Shown: positions 34,501 through 45,019 of the stretch, in pieces
How positions within the stretch are numbered: the stretch's first letter is position 1
Layout of the letters: every line of letters begins with the position of its first letter
DNA from: a virus
Direction: 5' to 3' (one strand)
Virus record (IMG/VR): IMGVR_UViG_3300043398_000057
Length of the DNA: 64,000 nucleotides
Program-made: the position numbers and the translations under genes
The notes under the pieces: generated by a model
Databases searched by the model: none
The model's input: the letters and a program-made list of their open reading frames with translations, nothing else
What the model was told of the DNA's origin: nothing

Positions 34501-34647
34501 TTTGGTACCAAGTCTTTTACCGAACTTCGCTATCGCGCTGAAAACTTGCCAAACTATGACACTGTTGCTGTTAAGGTTGTTGAGTATTCTTCTAACCAAT
34601 CGGCAAAACCGATTATCCGTAGATTCAGAATGATTGCTGGTGTATGA
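28549..34647 (+). CDS. Large virion structural protein (VrlC/DUF4815-like), 2032 aa
   Basis: PYFDDF..ILFRPGFPVQARELTQLQTI, LARRTYDESGDY, RYTMRDIG, DPLAQSF, FKSQNASTWT. Confidence 0.88.
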   Translation: MSLQTSQAPYFDDFSEDNGFYKILFRPGFPVQARELTQLQTIIQNQVSKFGEHIFKNGSMVVPGQVSFSTEAQYVKLAITTTSGIPTNTVIDSFIGKKVVGRTSGIVGEVLAVAGNTLDGVDPNTIYVRYETSSLDGNGKVFLDNEAVNVEGFAFDVNVTGTGFGSTAFIGRGIYFVNGYFVLVEEQTIILDKYTRTPSYRVGLKVFEKVVTSDEDSSLLDPSLGSPNFAAPGAHRQFIALNLTKIPLNSVDDSDFIELLALENGLLQRIVNKTAYGAIEDTLARRTYDESGDYVVTNFDVAIKEERNNNQGEWQPGRQYYRGDYSVSNSKLYLATNNAVSGTNAPSHATGIVSDAVTGGVLWEQVDSAVYNLGQNINGNPENFAMVIDPGKAYVRGYEIEKTGQEVLSVPKSRDFKQTGSTYIDPLYGNYVQITNASGVVPIANYAKIELHSHFTTAHGTSPAAKIGTARVRHVEKISGTPGSTTEVFNLYLFDVVLNTGFTFSRDVKGLFYDNPAGGATKDFSADVVPDLVQLTGSISVSNTSVTGNGTSFTTQLKIGDYIKFDGVTTRVTAIASDNALTISSNANVTNLAFYRVEVINYESALTDALFELNTPYVRSVRNSSNQNATAYTAVGTFTGTASAASGGTCTLSITSTSGSFASGADSDNYIIYNNETGHTVPFISVSVAGNNATITLSSTYANVSFVVIAAINKTGTLLTEKIKTLSTQTLTISTSDLATAKKISLGKADGFRIKSIKQDSGTFDDPTGLFTKNITNNYSFDNGQRDSFYDLASISLKSGASVPSAPIQIVFEYFQHSNGDYFTVNSYNSIDYSQIPSINGVYLADVIDFRPRISDDGLNFVGAGSNAGLFIKPGTSILTDYSYYLPRIDSVSLASDGKFIRVAGIPSELPTVPSKPDNAMALYNVNIPAYTGDVREIFLNPFDNKRYTMRDIGKIEKRVANLEEYAILNTLEQNTANTSIYDSKREEKFKTGFIVDNFSDTKTANTESPEFSVSIDPSLNECQPSFTVENVDLVESATSAAARAASNYALTGDLITLPFTEVKYIENPFASRIINVNPYAVFTFIGNMDLTPSSDTWFETRYLPQIVIRREGNFNLFKNLYDGKTQWNSWQTNWSGVLATRTEQVMDWVNGRFGFETNTTVQSNQTRTGVTTSVTERFDNKLIGDRIVSTTSVPFIRARRILVQTKALKPSTKFFPFFDNVDVSPYIDYPTRIAYSTTSPLNFDDSTNVGGDIFENARKISGDTTSSLSRGDVIRNSNGATAVVIGTFTENNIRYLDVINVKGTFSTGNVITGSISNATGTIITTPTVLNNLISNKSGELNFIFRLPCDDIQRFNTGTRQFKLIDSSTNNQTSGNYTSVAFGSYEATGVLNTRQQTIESTRNANVASQYVSETRTTITNQTTFVAQDFWVDPLAQSFFVDNSGGCFITSVDIYFASKDASIPVSLEIREMVNGYPGKKIVPFSKVVLKPSDVKISGSTVTVDGANVASFNTPTRFTFKSPVYLMENTEYCFVLLSDSNKYNVWISHLGDKIPGTTRYISEQPYAGSMFKSQNASTWTAEQMEDIKFTINRAKFNTNVNAVVDFVNGELPQVNLTTDPIATTNGVSKVRVNFPNNCLSVGDKVNLVNTDETITSINGIPSSEIFGEHIVLSTDPDSIVIDVATNATATGFGGGDSVFVVPNITFNNIHPNIQHTKLVDTSIDFQAAFTTGKSYDGTEIAYSQTGYTNVQVGDNTELPVTYGVYSKLNETTYLASNKSLKVRAFLSSKRDNLSPVIDVHRTDVTLIRHELNAPTFENSVVSDIDRRLIISDATDISSSTTGFSSSNASRQQLNTIEVGQYIRVDSTSNSGDYLVTDVSIGDTSTTITVNTPLTASTTGQLVNVSVYDRFFEETNPNSGSARSKYVTKSMVLNNSSDYLSVAFDANLVAGSDVRVFYKISPVGSTLNFENQKWVEMTLENRKQFVSFGTKSFTELRYRAENLPNYDTVAVKVVEYSSNQSAKPIIRRFRMIAGV

Positions 34648-34847
34648 CAAATAAGGTAGGCATTGAAACAGATGCCTCCCTTGAGCGAGATATTCACTCA
34701 GGGGCGGTGCTAAATAAAGACACAGATGCATTGCAAAAACATATTGCTTCGCGTCAACGTATCAAAATTCTTGAACAAGATATTCAGGAACTCAAAACGG
34801 GTATGTCTCAAATTTTGATGTTGCTGCAAGAACTCAAAGGAAAATAA
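34644..34847 (+). CDS. Small conserved coiled-coil protein
   Basis: LERDIHSGAVLNKD plus heptad C-terminus; coupled to the upstream gene. Confidence 0.75.
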   Translation: MTNKVGIETDASLERDIHSGAVLNKDTDALQKHIASRQRIKILEQDIQELKTGMSQILMLLQELKGK

Positions 34848-34850
34848 CCG

Positions 34851-36431
34851 ATGGCAATCATTACACTTCGCAATGAAAAGGGTTCGGCCCTTACCATTGC
34901 TGAAATGGACGCGAACTTTGTCAACTTGAACACCGACATTCAGACCCGTCTTCCAATCGAATCTTTCAGTGGCGAGGAAATTCTTTCTCGTTTGTTGAAT
35001 GTTGACGGTTCCGGTTCTGGTCTTGATGCTGACACGATTGATGGGTTCTCCACCTCGATTGTTTCAACAGGTTCAACCGTTGTTGTTCGAGATTCTACCG
35101 GCGCTATCAATGCTGGCGCGGGGTCGTTTACAACACTTTCTGGCACAACGTTGACGCTTGCGAACAATTTGATTGTTGGTGGACAAGCATCAATTGTTTC
35201 AAACCTGATTGTCAACGGAAACTTGACCGTCAACGGTACATCAACGTCTGTCAATACTTCGGTTGTCACAATTGAAGACCCGATCATTGAAATTGGTGGT
35301 GGTGAAGGTGGCTCGGCCCCTGCTACTAACGATGGTAAAGACCGTGGTATTGTTTTCCGTTATCATGATGGCAACACCGCAAAAACTGGCTTCTTTGGTT
35401 ATGATGCCCGCATGGCTAGGTTTGTGCATATTCCTGATGCTACTGTTACAGGTGAAGTTGCCACAGGCGTTTCTGTACCTTTGGTTTACCCCGAAGAAAC
35501 TATTCAAATCAACCGTCTTGGTGTTGGTATGTCTGCTAGTACCAACTACAGTATTAACGCAATTGGTGGTATTTCCGGTGCATCATAGAGTCTGAGTCAG
35601 TCGAACCCAACGGAAAAGTTGGAAGTCGGTTCCGGCTCTGTTAGAACTACTGGCGACAACCATGGTCTGAAAATTTCAAACGCTGCTGGGAACGGTGGTG
35701 GTAACATTATCGCGTTGAATGGTGCGAATAGTGGTTTGTCGATTTCATCGGGTAATGGCCCGATTAACGTTTCACATTCACTTTATCTCAAGTCTCAGTC
35801 AAACACCAATCAGTCATACATTCACATTGTCAATACTGCAACCGGTACAAACTTGACAGATGGGTTGATGATTGGTAATGATTCAAGTGGCAAGACTTTT
35901 ATCCGCAACTTGGAAAATGCCGGTGTTAGCATTCTGACGAATAACACAGAAGCTGTTGCAGTTGATCAAAACCAAAATGTTGGTATTGGTATCACACCGA
36001 CACGAAAACTTCATGTCAACGGTATTATCAAATCTGAAGTTGGTGGTATCGAGTTTCCTGATGGGTCGGTTCAAACAACTTCTGCGTCAGGTGTGCAACC
36101 AAACTTTGAACTACAGCACGCTCAAATCGCATCAACGACATTTACAACAAGTGTGATTGGTCAACAAGTTATTGACACAATTTCGGCAGTCAATTTCACA
36201 ACGATCAACTACACTGTCCAAATTTTTGCCAATGGTTCATATCATAGCACGAACTTGACCGTTGTTCATGATGGTGTGAATGCATATATGTCCGAGTATG
36301 GTGCGATCACAACGGTTTCTACGTTGGGCACATTCACAGTAGATATCAGCGGTGGATTGGTCAGATTGTTGTTCGATCCTATTTTTGCAAATAGCACAAT
36401 CAAGGCTGTTCGCACTTCGATTAAGGCATAA
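34851..36431 (+). CDS. Tail fibre/structural protein; internal TAG 35586-35588
   Basis: ITLRNEKGSALTIAEMDANF, DGSGSGLDAD, GNLTVNGT; one frame across the TAG. Confidence 0.8.
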
Positions 36432-36433
36432 TT

Positions 36434-37732
36434 ATGGCGACAACGAATGTTAATTTTCAGGTCAAGAATGGCCTTGAGGTTCCAACTGCAAACGACATTT
36501 ACGTTTTCGGGAAGACCCCCGCATTGGTAAGTCCGTTCGCTACATTCGATTTCTCCCGTTCAAAGGTTCTTGACCCTAGAATTACACTGACTAGAAATAG
36601 TGTCGCAACCGGATACAACGAATTTGGTAAGCTGATCACTTATGCAAATGATACACCAGTTTTCGAATGTGATTCCTTTACGGGCGAAAGTCTCGGGCTT
36701 TTGATTGAAGACTCCGCGATCAATTACGCTTTGTATTCTGAGCAAGCTGATAATGCAGTTTGGACAAAAACAGAAACTACAGTTTCCGCGACTACTTCTG
36801 TAGCTCCCGATGGAACATTGACTGCCGATAACTTCATCCCAAGCACAAATTCAACTGCGCACTCGATTGAACAAATTGTTACATCAACAACTAGTGCAGT
36901 GACTATTTCTGTTTTCGTTAAAGTCAACTCACTGGTTAACAAGGTTTCGATTTCACCGGGTGGCGCAAACAGACTTGCACATTTTGATTTCACCAATTTG
37001 ACTGTTGCAACTGAATCTGCGGTTCGTTCAGCAAAGATCAAAAAATTGAGAAACGGTTGGTACCGAATTTCAGCCAGTTATGCCGCTAGCGCAACCGCGT
37101 ATGACCGTTTCCGTTTCTTCGCTTCCAGTGGTTCACTAGGAAACTCTGCAACGGCTTCGAATGGTACCAATGGTATCTTGGTATGGGGCTTTCAGTTTGA
37201 ACGCAATACGCTGGCTACATCTTACATCCAAACGGTTGCGTCAACTGCGACTCGCGCAGCAACCCAAGTTTCTATCACCGGCACAACTTTTACAGATTTG
37301 TTCAAGGCTGTTGATGAAGGAACGCTCGAAGTGTTTTACAGGGTGTCCGAAGACGTTGACGGTTCGAGAGTTTTTGTGAGTCTGAATAATGGTACAGCAA
37401 ATAATGCATTGAGCATTTTGTCAAGTGCCGAAAACCAAGTTTCATCGTCTGTTGTCAGTGGTGGTACAACAGTTGCCTCTCTTACTGCTACCGACAACGC
37501 TATTGGCGAAACGTCAAACGTTGTTGCAGCGTACAACACAAACTTTTTCACCTTGAGTGCTAACGGTGGCAATGTTGTTACTGACGTTACTGGTACTGTT
37601 CCATCATTCAACAGAATTGATATTGGTAGTTTGTCGTTTCAGTCTCAAACATATTGCAACACGACAATTCGTAGAATTTGTTTTTATCCAATTGCTTTGA
37701 CAATTGACGAGACTAAGATTCTCTCAGTCTAA
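36434..37732 (+). CDS. Fibre/spike protein with carbohydrate-binding-like domains
   Basis: NFQVKNGL, LGLLIE..N, NGWYRIS, TSYIQT..TRAA. Confidence 0.75.
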   Translation: MATTNVNFQVKNGLEVPTANDIYVFGKTPALVSPFATFDFSRSKVLDPRITLTRNSVATGYNEFGKLITYANDTPVFECDSFTGESLGLLIEDSAINYALYSEQADNAVWTKTETTVSATTSVAPDGTLTADNFIPSTNSTAHSIEQIVTSTTSAVTISVFVKVNSLVNKVSISPGGANRLAHFDFTNLTVATESAVRSAKIKKLRNGWYRISASYAASATAYDRFRFFASSGSLGNSATASNGTNGILVWGFQFERNTLATSYIQTVASTATRAATQVSITGTTFTDLFKAVDEGTLEVFYRVSEDVDGSRVFVSLNNGTANNALSILSSAENQVSSSVVSGGTTVASLTATDNAIGETSNVVAAYNTNFFTLSANGGNVVTDVTGTVPSFNRIDIGSLSFQSQTYCNTTIRRICFYPIALTIDETKILSV

Positions 37733-37771
37733 ATATAGTTTTAACGACCTTTTGGGGATAGGGAACCAATA

Positions 37772-40093
37772 ATGGCGTCACAAAGTTTGTTTGGTAAGGG
37801 TCCAAACCAAATTCCAAGAAATTCTGATCTTGGAAATATCGCGTTTCAAAACTCTGATTTCTTGAGAGTTACAAAACTTTCTTCTGATTTTTCACTGGCT
37901 GTTGGTAAAACTGTCGCGTCACATGCTGTTGATGTTGTTGGTGATGTGAATAGTACGGGCGTTCTAAGAATTAACGGTTCACAAATTCTTTCGAGTACAT
38001 CACTTGCAGAAAGTGTTGTCAATTCTTCTTTGACAAGTGTTGGTAACATCACTACCGGTACATGGTCGGCATCAATTGGTGCGGTTTCTGGTGCAAACCT
38101 CACAAACCTTACCGCTGGCAATCTTACCGGCACGATTACACCATCAGTTCTTGGTAATTCAACATTGTTTGTTGGAACCACACCAATTTCGCTTAACAGG
38201 TCGTCGTCAAATCTGACGCTCGCCGGTATCACATCGATTCAATAGCCCGGTTCTACATCGGGTACTGTAACGTTGGTTCCTAACGCTGTTGCTGGTACAA
38301 CTACACTGACTCTTCCCGCAAATTCTGGAAATATTGCTCGACTTGAAAACAACCTTGGTAGCTTTGCTCAAACAACATCGGCTCAGTTGTCAAACATTAT
38401 CAGTGATAAAACTGGTTCAGGTTTGTTGGTTTTCGCAAATTCTCCATCACTTCAAACCCCATCAGTTTCAACGTCAATCAAATCAAATTCTTCAACTTTT
38501 AGCATTTTTCCGGATACAGTTACATCTTTGTCTATTGGAGGAACTGAAACAACATCACTGAGTATCGCTGATGGTGTAGTCAACTCACAAGTCGTCAGAA
38601 TCTTTTCTGGTGATGTTCCTTCTACAGTTACAAGAAATTTTTTTATTGGTACTGGCGCGGAGTTGGGGTCTACAACCAATGTTACCGTAGGGAGTTCGGC
38701 AAATGGTCTGACAACCTTTTCATTCTCAAATACATTGCTGAAAAATATCTCTAGTGGTAGTTTTACATCAGCAAGTGGCAGTTTTAGTGGCGCGGTTACC
38801 GCTTCTCAATTTGTTTCAACTGTCGAAAACGGTACATCACCATTTGTTGTTAATTCTTCAACAAAAGTCGAAAACTAGAATGTTCATTCAACCGAAACAA
38901 CTTAGCAGTTTTCGATCCCGATACAGATTGATGTATCGGGAGATGTTACTAACACACAGATTCGAACTTTCGATGGTACAGCAAACGTTTCTATTCCAAC
39001 TCAAATTTTGACTGATATCACACCAACAAGTGTTTCTACAACGTCGCAGGGCGCCTTGAGTGGTTTCCGAAACCGTGTTATAAACGGTTGTATGAGAATT
39101 AGTAATAGATCGAATCAATCTTATATTAACACAACAGATGGTTCGATTCGTAAAACATTTTCAGCAATCGATAGATGGTATATGCGTGGTAGTGGTGGTT
39201 CCGGGGATGCTTTTAACGTATCGCAAGGTTTGAATTCTATTGTTTTCAACAATATCGTATATCCAGCCTGCCGACAAACCGTTACATCAGCGGCAAATCC
39301 AACAACTTTGTCAGGTTTTTTCTTTTACAGTGGAATTTCTCAACTTATCGAGTCAAGTAATGTCTATGATATGTTTAACGGTTCATCGAAAACTTCATTG
39401 TCTTTTATTTTTCTCACAAATGTTACGGGGACATACCCAGCGGTTCTAACGACTATCAGTTCAAATGGTAATGAGGCTAATACTTATTCGTTCACCTTTT
39501 CTGCAACTGCAAATACACCAATCAAAGTATCATATCTTATCCCATCTGTCACTCTTACAAATAATTCTCCTACGACTTCTAGCGGTTTGCGGTTATCTAT
39601 AGGCTCTATAGCATCAACGAATTATCAAACACCTTCGGCAAACGGGAGTATTTGGTCTGGTATTACCGGTGAAGCCCCTCCCAATGTTACTAATTGGTAG
39701 ACAACTTCTGGAAACTATATTTCTGTGGCACAAGTTCAATTTGAGCTTGGTCATGCAACATCTTTTGAACACAGACCTATTCAAATCGAACAAATGTTGT
39801 GCCATAGGTATTTTTGGAAAATTCGTAGAACTATTCAAACTCGCGTTTACAATCCAAGTACAGCAAGTCAAACAAATTACATTCATGTACAATTGCCGAC
39901 TCAAATGAGAATTGTTCCTACTGTGACATTTTCAACAAACACACAAACTGCCGGGACTACAGTGGCGTCAACAAATGTTAGTATTGATGGTTTTGAGATT
40001 TCACAAACTTCAACCGCTGTTGGTGACTATAGTGTAAGCATTGCGGGTCCAACTGGAACCAGTGTAAATCTATCCGCTAGCGCAGAACTATAA
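37772..40093 (+). CDS. Tail fibre protein A, 773 aa; internal TAG 38243, 38876, 38903, 39698
   Basis: Four ORF-track fragments share one frame; paralog of the next gene; GFRNRVING..QFELG..FEHRP..CHRYF head module. Confidence 0.85.
38225..38316 (+). repeat. 92-bp perfect direct repeat, copy 1
   Basis: Identical to 40585-40676; includes the in-frame TAG. Confidence 0.9.
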
Positions 40094-40131
40094 GTAAGTA
40101 AATTTATCAACCGTTTGTGTAGGAACCAATA

Positions 40132-42426
40132 ATGGGTACAAAAAGACTGATTGGCATTCTGCCCGATCAAATTCCAAGAAATTCTGATTTGGGGACACTT
40201 GCTTTCCAAAGTTCGGAATATGTCCGTGTTACCAGACTCGCATCAGATTCTTTTGTTGCTGTTGGTAAGGCTATCGCTTCACACCCATTGGATGTTGTTG
40301 GTGATCTAAACAACACTGGTTCATATCGAATCGGTGGAAACGTTATTCTGTCCACAACTACATTGGGTAACAGTGTAGTCAATTCATCGCTTACAAGTGT
40401 TGGAACAATCACAAGTGGTACATGGTCAGGTTTGTTCGGAAACATTTCTGGTGCAAATCTGACGAACCTTACTGCCGGAAACTTGACCGGTACAATTCCT
40501 TCTGTTGTTCTCGGCAATTCCTCACTTTATGTTGGTACAACTCAGGTTGCGTTGAATAGACCTTCAGGCAATCTCGCACTTTCTGGTATCACATCGATTC
40601 AATAGCCCGGTTCTACATCGGGTACTGTAACGTTGGTTCCTAACGCTGTTGCTGGTACAACTACACTGACTCTTCCAACATCGAGTGGCACCATTGCACT
40701 GTTGGCAAACAACCTTGGTAGCTTTGCTCCAACAACATCGGAGGAATTGCTAAGTGTTATCAGTGATGAAAGTGGTTCCGGCCAATTGGTGTTTTCAAAC
40801 TCGCCAACATTGACAACCCCAACAATTTCAACGTCGATCAAATCAAATTCTTCAACGTTCTCTATTGTGCCGGAAACCGTGACAACATTGAATGTCGGTG
40901 GTTCCGATTTGACCGACTTAACTATTGGTGCAAACACAACTACATCTCAAACTGTAAACATTGCAACAGGCGCGACAACAACTGGAAACACCAAGTCAAT
41001 TTTTATTGGTACCGGTGGTCTGAGTGGTTCAACCACTAATGTTACTATTGGTAGTAACACAGGCGCAGGAACTTTGCAAATTAACAGTCCATCAGTATCT
41101 TTCTCTGGCAATATGAATGTTGATGGTAGTGTTACTGGCAACACAGCAACATTTGTTTCGTCCGCAACTTCGAGGACATTTAATTCAACAGTCGCTACTG
41201 GTACTGCGCCATTTGTCGTGAACTCGACAACCCGTGTCGCGAATTTGAATGTTGCTGCTGCTGATGTTGCTGACAGGCTTACAACTCCTAGAACTATCAG
41301 TCTCAGCGGCGCTGTGACGGGCAGCGTGTCATTTAATGGTAGCTCAAATGTTAATATCGTAACATCGGTTACAGGCTCAATTACGCCATCTAGTATTGTT
41401 ACCACACAGCAGGGTGCGCTGAGTGGTTTCAGAAATCGAATTACTAACGGTGACGCAGTTTCATCTATTGTATATCCAACATCCACTATTACCGCTGGCA
41501 ATTCGGGGTTTTCCGGTCCCGCGAGATGGAAAATTGTACTGAACAATATAACCGGGCTGGCAATTACACAAACTTCTATTATCAACACCAACGCTACAAC
41601 AACACCTGTTGGCGGCATTAAACAAGCCGTAAGTTCTGCTGGTCCAGCCTCAATTGGCGCAACTCAATACTACCCTGGTATTCATCAAGTTATTGAGAGT
41701 GTAAACTGTGTTGATCTTTCTCAAAAAACTATTACAGTTTCTTTCTATTTTAGGTCTTCTGTGTCTGGAACATATGCGCTTGCTATTGGACAACATTCGG
41801 ATGCATCAAACGCTAACCCATCGTTTAGTTATGTGACAACTTTTACTATAGCTGTTGGTCAGGGCACTACGTTCCCTACCAGAATTGTTAAAACTATCCC
41901 CGCTGGTGGTATTACTCAAATTGCTTCGGCTAATGGTAATAAGGGAATTTCAATTTACATTGGTGCTATTGCAGGTTCAAATTTTGTTGCTGCTGCTGAT
42001 ACATGGACAAATACTTTTGCTGTTTCTACTGCGAATGCAACAAATTGGGCGGCAACCGCAAGTGCGGTAATTGAAGCATATAACATTCAATTGGAAGAAG
42101 GGCCAGTCGCAACACCATTTGAAAAAAGAACAGTCAGTGCTGAAAACCTACTGGTTAACAGGTATGTAGTTATTACAACTCGTCCCGTGTCATTTCTTGG
42201 ATACAGCCCAAATGCGAATGGTATCGCATACATGAATTATCATTTCCCCACGCCTATGAGAATTGCTCCAACACCAACATCAAATTTTACGGTTAGTGCA
42301 AATACTACGGGGTCATTTCTTGATGTTGGTGTTGATGGTATGACACTATCCGCTGTGAGGACTGATGCGGCAGCATCAATCTCGGCAACATACAACACAG
42401 GCAACATCATTTCAGCGGAGTTCTAA
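40132..42426 (+). CDS. Tail fibre protein B, 764 aa; internal TAG 40603-40605
   Basis: Paralog of fibre A (QIPRNSDLG N-terminus; GFRNRITNG..QLEEG..TPFE; terminal SAEF). Confidence 0.85.
40585..40676 (+). repeat. 92-bp perfect direct repeat, copy 2
   Basis: Identical to 38225-38316. Confidence 0.9.
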
Positions 42427-42471
42427 GTAATTCAAAACTATAAGTCAGGGACAAAAAGTAAGGAAGGATTT

Positions 42472-42497
42472 GAGAGGGCTTCGGCCCTCTTTTCTTT
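42472..42497 (+). terminator. Rho-independent terminator after the fibre genes
   Basis: AGAGGGC-TTCG-GCCCTCT followed by TTTCTTT. Confidence 0.88.
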
Positions 42498-42529
42498 GGT
42501 AAGTAGGAAATCGCATATTGAGGTAAAAC

Positions 42530-42802
42530 ATGTCACCCGCAAGAAACAGACTTTAGGAAATCATCACTGACAGTAAAGACAAAAGATTGTCGCTGACCAA
42601 AATTGGTTCGTTCATGTCTTACATCATCATGAGTGTTGGTTTCGTTTACATCACCATGAAAATTGGTTTTGTTGCTGAAATGTGGATGATCTATGCCGCT
42701 GTTATGTCGGGTCATCAAACACTCAATAAGTTCTTGTCCCTGAAGTATGGCGCAGACAAGAATACCTCTAACGAAAGTTCAAACGATGGCACTCCCAAGT
42801 GA
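42530..42802 (+). CDS. Small 2-TM membrane protein, holin-like candidate; internal TAG 42554-42556
   Basis: GAGGT RBS before ATG 42530; EIITD..RLSLTK then two hydrophobic helices. Confidence 0.7.
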
Positions 42803-44606
42803 TTTGAAATCAAGTCTCAAGAATCAGTCAAAATCATCTGATATTGAAAAGAGTCTTGAGAAACAAAACCAAAATATTGGCGAAACGCTCAAGGAATCAA
42901 TCAAGGATGGTTTCACTGAAGCTAAGAGTAGTGCTTCGGAATTCCGTACCAAATACTTTTCTCGTAGAGGTATTGGTAGAGAAACCATTCGAGGTGGTTT
43001 GTCAATTGCGGAAGAAATCATCCCGTTCGCAAAGAGTATCACAACGCCTATCAAGATGACGCTTGAGCGTGATTTGCAGGCTGAAATCAAGACTAAACGC
43101 GCACTGAACAATACTGAACTCAAGCGTGATGAAAAGGCTCAAAACGTCTTGCTTGAAAAGTTTGGCGAGTCTGTCAAAGACCAAGAACAAGGTCTGAGGG
43201 ACAAGTTCAAACAAATCATGAAACTCAAGGAAGAGGGTTTCAATGAACGTGACATTTTCGCTCAAGAAGGTTTCAAAGACTTCGAGAAGTTCTTTTACAA
43301 CAGTTTCAAGAAAACTGAAATCTCGCAAGATTCAAACCAAGAAAGTGGTTTGGGTGGTGAAACCACAACCGCAATCAAAGAACAGACAAAGATCATCACC
43401 GATCAAACTCAGGCGTTGCGTGATCAAACGCCCATTCTGAGCGCACAGGAAGAATCTCTAAAGAATATCAACACTTTGGTTGAACAGGTTGCAAATAGCC
43501 CACTGGCTAAAGAAATTCTGAACGATTACCAAACCAAACTCGAACAAATCATTAAGACTCGCGCAGAACAACAACCAAAAACTCTCAGTGATGAAGAAAA
43601 GGTTGCAAAGACTGTCACGGAGTTGGACGCTTTTACAGAATATCGAAAACTCAACAAAGACCTTGAAAATAAGTTGAAGCCTATTGTTGAGAAAGAGACT
43701 GTCAAAAAGAAAGTTTCCGAAAATCCCGGTTTGCCACTGATTACGAAACTTGAGAAACAGAAAGATCAGCTACCATTTAAGAAAACGGGTGTTGCAACTG
43801 GTTCTGCACTGTTGATGCAATTGCTTGAACGCGCGGGTTCAAACCCTAGTGATTCTATTGCTCAAAAACGTGCACAAGAAACACAAAAGGAAAACGAACT
43901 GGTTCACAATGAACTGCAATCCGAACAAAACAAAAAAATTGATACTGTAGCACAAAACACCGATGAAACCGTCACGGTTTTGAAATCAATTGAGGCAAAA
44001 CTTGATAAGGGTGGTGACGACACTGGTTCTTTCTATGATCGTCTGAAAGACCGATTTGGTGGTGTTATTGGCGGTGGCGGTGGAAAGGGTGGCAAGGTAA
44101 CGCCTCCGAAACCATCCCCGGGCGATGCTGGAAAAGCTAGCAAACTTGGAAAAATTGGTAAAGCTGGAAAAATGGGTTCGAGTCTTTTGAAGAAGATTCC
44201 GGGCGTTGGTCTTGCCGCTGGCATCGGTCTTGCGGGTAGTGCATTGCTTGATGGTGACTTTGTTGGTGCCGGGCTGAACCTTGCTTCCGGTGTTGCATCA
44301 ACGGTTCCGGGTATTGGAACCGCAATTTCTTTGGGTCTTGATGGTATCGATATGGCGAGAGATTTGACCGCTGTGACAGATAATATTTCCGCTGGTGTGG
44401 ATATGTTGCCCGATGTTTTGGAGAAAGCCGCAGATTCGAATCAATCGTTCATGGATGTTATCAAACAATCTCAAACACCATCAATTGTTGATGCATCAAC
44501 AGTGAACAACAATACATCGATTCAATATGTTGCGCCAAGGGTAAGAAATCCTGAACCAACATTTGAGCGTCTTAGTAATTCCAGATATGACACAAGGGTG
44601 AACTGA
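42786..44606 (+). CDS. Putative tape measure/baseplate hub (gp29-like)
   Basis: Helical K/E/Q-rich N-terminus, Gly-rich KKIPGVGL..GDFVGAGL..STVPGIGTAIS segment, terminal VNNN. Confidence 0.65.
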   Translation: MALPSDLKSSLKNQSKSSDIEKSLEKQNQNIGETLKESIKDGFTEAKSSASEFRTKYFSRRGIGRETIRGGLSIAEEIIPFAKSITTPIKMTLERDLQAEIKTKRALNNTELKRDEKAQNVLLEKFGESVKDQEQGLRDKFKQIMKLKEEGFNERDIFAQEGFKDFEKFFYNSFKKTEISQDSNQESGLGGETTTAIKEQTKIITDQTQALRDQTPILSAQEESLKNINTLVEQVANSPLAKEILNDYQTKLEQIIKTRAEQQPKTLSDEEKVAKTVTELDAFTEYRKLNKDLENKLKPIVEKETVKKKVSENPGLPLITKLEKQKDQLPFKKTGVATGSALLMQLLERAGSNPSDSIAQKRAQETQKENELVHNELQSEQNKKIDTVAQNTDETVTVLKSIEAKLDKGGDDTGSFYDRLKDRFGGVIGGGGGKGGKVTPPKPSPGDAGKASKLGKIGKAGKMGSSLLKKIPGVGLAAGIGLAGSALLDGDFVGAGLNLASGVASTVPGIGTAISLGLDGIDMARDLTAVTDNISAGVDMLPDVLEKAADSNQSFMDVIKQSQTPSIVDASTVNNNTSIQYVAPRVRNPEPTFERLSNSRYDTRVN

Positions 44607-45019
44607 TGAACTATCCAGTTAATCACAATTTGCATCCATTTAACGTTTACAATCAAAACAGGTTTGATATGACATACCTTGACATTTATGTTTCGACTGG
44701 TACAGACTTTGAGTTTACTTTTGATGTGAGCGAATTCATCGAGCCGGAAGACGATTAGCTTGATGGTTCGTGGACAATTGAAACCGTTTACTCTCAAAGC
44801 CGATATTCAAAAGTTAAACAGAATTTCTCGACGGAGATTTTGAATTCAAGAGAAATCAAAATCAGTTTGCAAGATTCGCAGACCGTAAATCTCAAATACA
44901 ATAAATATGTGTATTCGGTTTTTCTTGTAAAAGATTCTGCGAAGCGAACCCTTATTTCTGAAGGCGTGATGCAAGTAAATCAGATTGTGACTCCTAACAG
45001 ACAGAATGGGGGAATTTAA
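44606..45019 (+). CDS. Hypothetical virion protein, 137 aa; internal TAG 44756-44758
   Basis: Fills the gap exactly (TGATG start overlap, TAATG end overlap); absent from the ORF track; KYVYSV..ISEG motif. Confidence 0.8.

Noticed and set aside
37772-42426. Diversity-generating retroelement acting on the fibre genes
   Set aside because: The repeat copies are identical without adenine-specific mismatches, lie mid-gene, and no reverse transcriptase is present in the window
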